This document shows positions 63,017-64,000 of a DNA stretch of 64,000 nt, in pieces (within the stretch, counting starts at the first letter, position 1; the number at the start of each line of letters is the position of its first letter). Made by a program: the position numbers and the translations under genes. This stretch comes from a virus. The DNA lies in the IMG/VR virus record IMGVR_UViG_3300045988_162176, positions 150,143 to 214,142 of that record, one strand, 5' to 3'. The notes under the pieces were generated by a model, which had not been told where the DNA came from, made no database searches, and was given only the letters and a program-made list of their open reading frames with translations.

Positions 63017-63214
63017 ATGAATATTATTAAGAAATATTTAAATTTACTTAAAATGTTATTAGCGAAGGTCATTGAAACTAAGAATTTTAATAGTACCAAA
63101 AATGCTAATGATGTTAAGAATGTAAATGTCAAGTGTTACAGAGATAATGGTGATGGTACTATGGATTGGGTTGATTGTCCTGTTATTTTTATTGAAGGGA
63201 CAACTAAAGAATAA
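63017..63214 (+). CDS. Small hypothetical protein
   Basis: Intact ORF, tightly packed after the previous gene. Confidence 0.4.
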   Translation: MNIIKKYLNLLKMLLAKVIETKNFNSTKNANDVKNVNVKCYRDNGDGTMDWVDCPVIFIEGTTKE

Positions 63215-63374
63215 TTTGGGTTGAATTATAAATAAATATAATTAAAATTTCTCCCTATTTTTGATTTTAGATACTATGATGAGTAATTTGATGGGTAAAT
63301 GATGAAATTAAAATTAGAAAGAAATCTTATTATAATTTATTTATAATTGTGTAATAGTGAGGAGAATATGAATT

Positions 63375-63767
63375 ATGAATGATACTATTAAAAGATATTT
63401 TGAATTTAAAGCCAAGAATGATAATAAACCTTTTATGCAGATTTTGAATTATGCTTATCAGAATGGTAAGATTACTGATGATGAAGCTTTGTTGTTCTGT
63501 AGTAACGGTTGGAAAAAGATGCATGGTTTTAATATGAGACGTGTTGGAAAGATTGAATATAGGGGAAAGGGTACAAGATATAAGCACTTTTTATGGAGCG
63601 ACAAAGTAAGTTTTGTTATTAATGAAAAAGTGTTGCGTGTGATGAAAGAATATGTTGAAAAGAAAAGAAATGGTGTTGGACTGAGTGAAAAAGATATTGG
63701 AAGTAAGAGATGGGATTGGGCATTTTGGAGTGATTTACTGAATGTTATGGATGATGGACATATTTGA
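63375..63767 (+). CDS. Hypothetical protein
   Basis: GAGGAG RBS, intact ORF. Confidence 0.55.
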   Translation: MNDTIKRYFEFKAKNDNKPFMQILNYAYQNGKITDDEALLFCSNGWKKMHGFNMRRVGKIEYRGKGTRYKHFLWSDKVSFVINEKVLRVMKEYVEKKRNGVGLSEKDIGSKRWDWAFWSDLLNVMDDGHI

Positions 63768-63800
63768 GTGATAGAATGAATAAATGAGGATATGATTTAA

Positions 63801-63834
63801 GGATAGAGGCTGTGAGGGCTTCTATCCTTTTTTT
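63801..63834 (+). terminator. Rho-independent terminator
   Basis: GGATAGAGGC/GCTTCTATCC 10-bp stem (one G-T pair) followed by T7. Confidence 0.8.
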
Positions 63835-63906
63835 GTCGGGGATGAGGAATTTACATTTTAATGATTAAAAATTTTTTTGTTTTTTAAAAAATTTTTAAAA
63901 AAGTAC

Positions 63907-63935
63907 TTGACAAGATTTAAAAAGTATGCTATAAT
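63907..63935 (+). promoter_or_regulatory. Consensus sigma70-like promoter
   Basis: TTGACA, 17 nt, TATAAT. Confidence 0.7.
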
Positions 63936-63940
63936 GTAAA

Positions 63941-64000
63941 TTGAGAAAAGATATATTGAGAAAAGATATATTGAGAAAAGATATATTGAGAAAAGATATA
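63941..64000 (+). repeat. Four perfect tandem 15-nt repeats (TTGAGAAAAGATATA), truncated by the window edge
   Basis: Read directly. The array starts 5 nt after the -10 box. Confidence 0.9.

Noticed and set aside
63941-64000. CRISPR array
   Set aside because: The 15-nt units are directly adjacent with no spacers, and no cas genes are present.
1-64000. Calling the element a crAss-like phage or a prophage
   Set aside because: TAG recoding, introns and a DFDGD giant protein recall crAss-like phages. However, the tape measure and tail-tube genes, the strong SD usage and the sigma70-type promoters do not fit that group. No bacterial flanks, att sites or repressor are visible, so neither taxonomy nor lifestyle can be assigned without searches.

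Overview
This is an AT-rich segment of a tailed-phage (Caudoviricetes) genome. About 59 kb is one minus-strand block: DNA/RNA-metabolism genes, terminase, portal, capsid, tail-fibre, lysis, tail tube and tape measure genes. A short plus-strand module (59.7-63.8 kb) diverges from a promoter-rich control region at 59.2-59.75 kb.

The main point for reading the window is that TAG is almost certainly a sense codon. Most minus-strand fragments in the ORF track abut at in-frame TAGs. They fuse into full-length proteins with a Shine-Dalgarno (SD) site only at the first fragment. Every stop I checked at an inferred gene end is TAA or TGA.

With TAG read through, the window contains:
- a giant ORF of at least 2,600 codons that joins a double-psi beta-barrel RNA polymerase (RNAP) motif (DFDGD) to a TP901-type tape measure domain;
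- a second, YonO/RdRP-like single-subunit RNAP;
- four group I-like introns, in the giant gene, major tail protein, major capsid protein and large terminase (two carry homing endonucleases, three are sequence-related);
- a tail-fibre variation locus with a Mu G-segment-like invertible cassette, 113-bp perfect repeats and a G10 frameshift tract;
- an ORF-free, GC-enriched region of about 450 nt that may be a large structured RNA;
- several sigma70-like promoters that share an extended -35.

Strong GGAGG-type SD sites and TTGACA/TATAAT promoters suggest a Bacillota-like host, but that is inference. Splice sites and some start codons are approximate, roughly within 10 nt. All homology calls rest on motif recognition by eye, not on database searches.
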